32,934 nucleotides of DNA from Trichomonas gallinae (lineage: Eukaryota), in the NCBI GenBank assembly GCA_008369845.1, contig MRSU01011003.1, positions 1 to 32,934 of the forward strand, written 5' to 3'. The translations under genes and the position numbers were made by a program. Positions 30,281 to 32,934 of the stretch are shown here, one piece after another. The notes beneath the pieces were generated by a model that saw nothing but the letters and a program-made list of their open reading frames with translations, was not told the DNA's origin and ran no database searches. The first letter of the stretch is position 1, and each line of letters starts with the position of its first letter.

Positions 30281-31114
30281 TTAGTGTTTGTTCTTATCAT
30301 ATTCCATTATAGCTTCATATAAGCATAAATATTTTCTAAGATCATCGCGGATAGTACCTTGTGATATGTATGGCTTCCTGTATAACTCAGCACCTCTATC
30401 TGTAACCCATTTCTTATCTTCAGCTGGAATTGGGTCGAAGAACTTCTTTGTTGTGCCCAAAGCATAAAGATAAGCATCATATTCTGGTATTGCATTAGAA
30501 ACTGGAGCTGGCTGAGGAATATCATTATTTTCTTCATCTTCTGTCTCGGCGGAATTAACATACCAATCTGGTGTTCCTGATGGTCCTGGCATAAGTGTCC
30601 GGAAGGCTTCGTTAACAGAAGCGGATAATTGATAATTTACATAAGCAACTTCTTGTGCATCCATGAGTCTACCTGTAATGAAGAGAAAAACATCTGTCAC
30701 AGCAACTCTACCCTTAGCAACACCATAATCAACCATAACTTCATACGCGGGCTGATTTGTTTGCTTGTTAACGCCTTTCTTGTATCTGATGTTAAGACCA
30801 TGAGAAGCTACATATCTTGTGTTGTAAAAATAAATTTCGTTAGCACCAACTTGTTGAACTTCTAACGCATAATATCTGCTTGTTCCTGATTTAACAAAAC
30901 GCATCTTGTTAATAACATTGTCAATATATAAATGTGGTTCTAATATAGCAGGCCATACCGAAAGTACTTTTGATTTGATTTCTTCCAAATTATCGGAATA
31001 AAATGTATAATGTGTAGGAACTCCTGCGTTGTAAAATTCCATCCATATGACTGGTAAATTCTCTTTCTGATTTAATGGAGCAATACAAAGTGCTGCTGTC
31101 CAAAAAAGAATCAT
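30281..31114 (-). CDS. Hypothetical secreted protein
   Basis: Likely start MILFWTAALC (signal-like); no recognisable domain. Confidence 0.75.
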   Translation of the reverse strand: MILFWTAALCIAPLNQKENLPVIWMEFYNAGVPTHYTFYSDNLEEIKSKVLSVWPAILEPHLYIDNVINKMRFVKSGTSRYYALEVQQVGANEIYFYNTRYVASHGLNIRYKKGVNKQTNQPAYEVMVDYGVAKGRVAVTDVFLFITGRLMDAQEVAYVNYQLSASVNEAFRTLMPGPSGTPDWYVNSAETEDEENNDIPQPAPVSNAIPEYDAYLYALGTTKKFFDPIPAEDKKWVTDRGAELYRKPYISQGTIRDDLRKYLCLYEAIMEYDKNKH

Positions 31115-31573
31115 TCTGTCAAATTGACAATTTGCCAACCATCAAATTTTGTAGGTTTTTGAATGTTATTCACTATTCTTCATTTCCATCATAATTTCAA
31201 TAAGGCGAATAGAAAAACGTTTTTCTGACGAAGATTTTATTTTACATGTCAAAAATCCAAAATCTAAATCAATCATTTTACTCATAGATTATTACATGTT
31301 CTCAGCTGTTCTAACAGACTCAACAGAGAAAACACCAAACTCTAGAATTTTTTTTGATTTCAAATAAATAATGATTCTCATCGTATTTTTGAACAGCAAT
31401 ATAACCATATACAATCTATATATTCATTTCATCACGCTATAATAGAGACTATCGATCGATTTAAAAAATTTGATTAATTTGTTTTTAAACACTAGTATGT
31501 ACAAACACATATACGACTATAGAGCTCATCTATCGATGCATGATGGAATGAAACTATACAGGATGATTTTTTT

Positions 31574-31642
31574 CCGAACACTTTACATGTCAATTTCGTT
31601 GTCAAATTGTTTATTTTCAATTCCCGAATACTTTACATGTCA
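31574..31642. repeat. 19-bp direct repeat CCGAA(C/T)ACTTTACATGTCA, period 50
   Basis: Copies at 31574-31592 and 31624-31642. Confidence 0.8.
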
Positions 31643-32169
31643 TATATTCCCAAAGATTTTAAAACTTTCGAGCATTTTATGGACTCAAATGTCATCCAGT
31701 ATCCGATTTAGTTGATTGTTTTCACTACTATATACTGTGAATTTCAGTTTTTCAAAAAGTTTTCGAAAAAATTTTGAGTTTAAGATTCGATTTCTCGTGA
31801 AATATATTTATTAATGGTTCATATATTGATATATTATAGTCAAAACGTAAAATTCGAAAAACCAATCATTCCATACTTCACTTTGCATATCTAATCGAAC
31901 AAGCGATATTAGAAGAATAAAATTACAGCCTTAGAAATTTTCTGCCAAATTTTTTTTTTCTGACAATTTCGAACAAACATCATCAAACAAATATATATAT
32001 GATGATAAATCTATATTTATTTTTAAAATTGTTTTTAGATTTTTTATGCTAATATATGTGATTTAAGATGCATGAAGATGCTCAAAATCATGTTTTTGAG
32101 ATTGTTTTCAAGTCGATGAAAAATCATCGTTTTTCATTCAAAAATTTTTTCTTTGCGAAAAAGTTCACA

Positions 32170-32175
32170 TCACTT
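32170..32175 (+). promoter_or_regulatory. Initiator (Inr) element TCACTT
   Basis: About 10 bp upstream of the PSAT ATG. Confidence 0.55.
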
Positions 32176-32185
32176 TACCACCAGA

Positions 32186-32934
32186 ATGACATCTGCGCGT
32201 GTATACAATTTCTCCGCCGGCCCAGCTGCTGTACCACTCGAGTGCCTTGAGAGGGCTGCAGCGGAAATGACAAACTGGCGCAATTCCGGCATGTCAGTCA
32301 TCGAAGTCTCACACAGAGGCAAGCATTGGATGGAAGAGCAAAAGGAAGCTGGTGAGCGCCTCCGCTCTCTGCTTCAAGTTCCAGATAACTTCCATATCCT
32401 CTTCGTCGCGGGTGGTGCATCACTACAGTTCTCTGCCATCCCATTCAACTTCATTGGCGATGCCAAGCGTGTTGACTACCTCTGCACAGGCACATGGTCC
32501 AAGAAGGCCTTCGATGAAGCAAAGAGACTCGGATTCCCAGATGTCGAAGTCAAGTCTGTTGCTGGGGCTCCACCAGCAAACCCAGTCGAAGTCCCACCAC
32601 GCGAGAAGTGGGATGTTTCTGCTGATGCTGCTTACTTCTACTACTGCGATAACGAGACAATCCAGGGCATCGAGTTCCAGAAGTTCCCAGATGTCCCAGC
32701 TCCACTCATCATCGATATGTCCTCCAACTTCCTCTCCCGTCCAATCACAGAATGGGAGAAAGTTGGCTGCATCTTCGCATGCGCACAGAAGAACTTCGGC
32801 GTCGCAGGCATGAGCATCGTCATCATCCGCAAGGACATGCTCGAGCGCCCAGTTAAGCCATTCTGCCCAATCACAATGGACTACAGAATCCAGGTCAAGA
32901 ACGACTGCATGTACAACACACCACCAACATTCGC
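32186..32934 (+). CDS. serC: Phosphoserine aminotransferase (3' end outside window)
   Basis: Manual translation: MTSARVYNFSAGPAAVP...GMSVIEVSHR...GGASLQFSAIP...TGTWSKKA...NETIQGIEF...DMSSNFLSRPI...FACAQKNFGVAG (PLP lysine). Not in the ORF track because there is no stop in the window. Confidence 0.97.
   Translation, partial: MTSARVYNFSAGPAAVPLECLERAAAEMTNWRNSGMSVIEVSHRGKHWMEEQKEAGERLRSLLQVPDNFHILFVAGGASLQFSAIPFNFIGDAKRVDYLCTGTWSKKAFDEAKRLGFPDVEVKSVAGAPPANPVEVPPREKWDVSADAAYFYYCDNETIQGIEFQKFPDVPAPLIIDMSSNFLSRPITEWEKVGCIFACAQKNFGVAGMSIVIIRKDMLERPVKPFCPITMDYRIQVKNDCMYNTPPTF

Noticed and set aside
32352..32874. ORF-track 153-aa (+) and 77-aa (-) ORFs
   Set aside because: Alternative-frame shadows of the phosphoserine aminotransferase gene.
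1..32934. Spliceosomal introns, CRISPR arrays, tRNA/rRNA, transposases or Maverick genes
   Set aside because: No ACTAACACACAG-type trichomonad intron end, no regularly spaced repeat-spacer array and no such coding motifs were seen by eye. Short divergent introns could have been missed.

Overview
AT-rich, gene-dense, apparently intronless eukaryotic DNA with the hallmarks of a trichomonad (Parabasalia, Trichomonas-like): very short intergenic spacers, TCAYW initiator elements close to ATGs, AAAGTGAC promoter motifs, and expanded families (ankyrin, R2R3-Myb, divergent Rab/Arf, CAMK kinase, GGAI-motif Pmp-like proteins). About 22 intact protein-coding genes are present. These include an ankyrin protein, Arf-like and Rab GTPases, a CAMK kinase, an exostosin/GT47 glycosyltransferase, a C2-domain protein, a type I surface protein, a head-to-head Myb pair, a TM9SF nonaspanin, a POC1-like WD40 protein and a phosphoserine aminotransferase that runs off the right end and is missing from the ORF track. 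The most notable signals are: (1) an 11-bp motif TTTACATGTCA/TGACATGTAAA with 8 perfect copies and several variants, all intergenic and oriented relative to the nearest gene start; (2) an inverted pair of damaged Pmp-like genes sharing the same N-terminal frame defect; (3) several intergenic hairpins or candidate ncRNAs; (4) degenerate-enzyme candidates (fucosyltransferase-like, large-GTPase-like) and a HERP-like UBL membrane protein. No CRISPR, rRNA, tRNA or transposase was recognised. All calls were made by eye, with no database searches.
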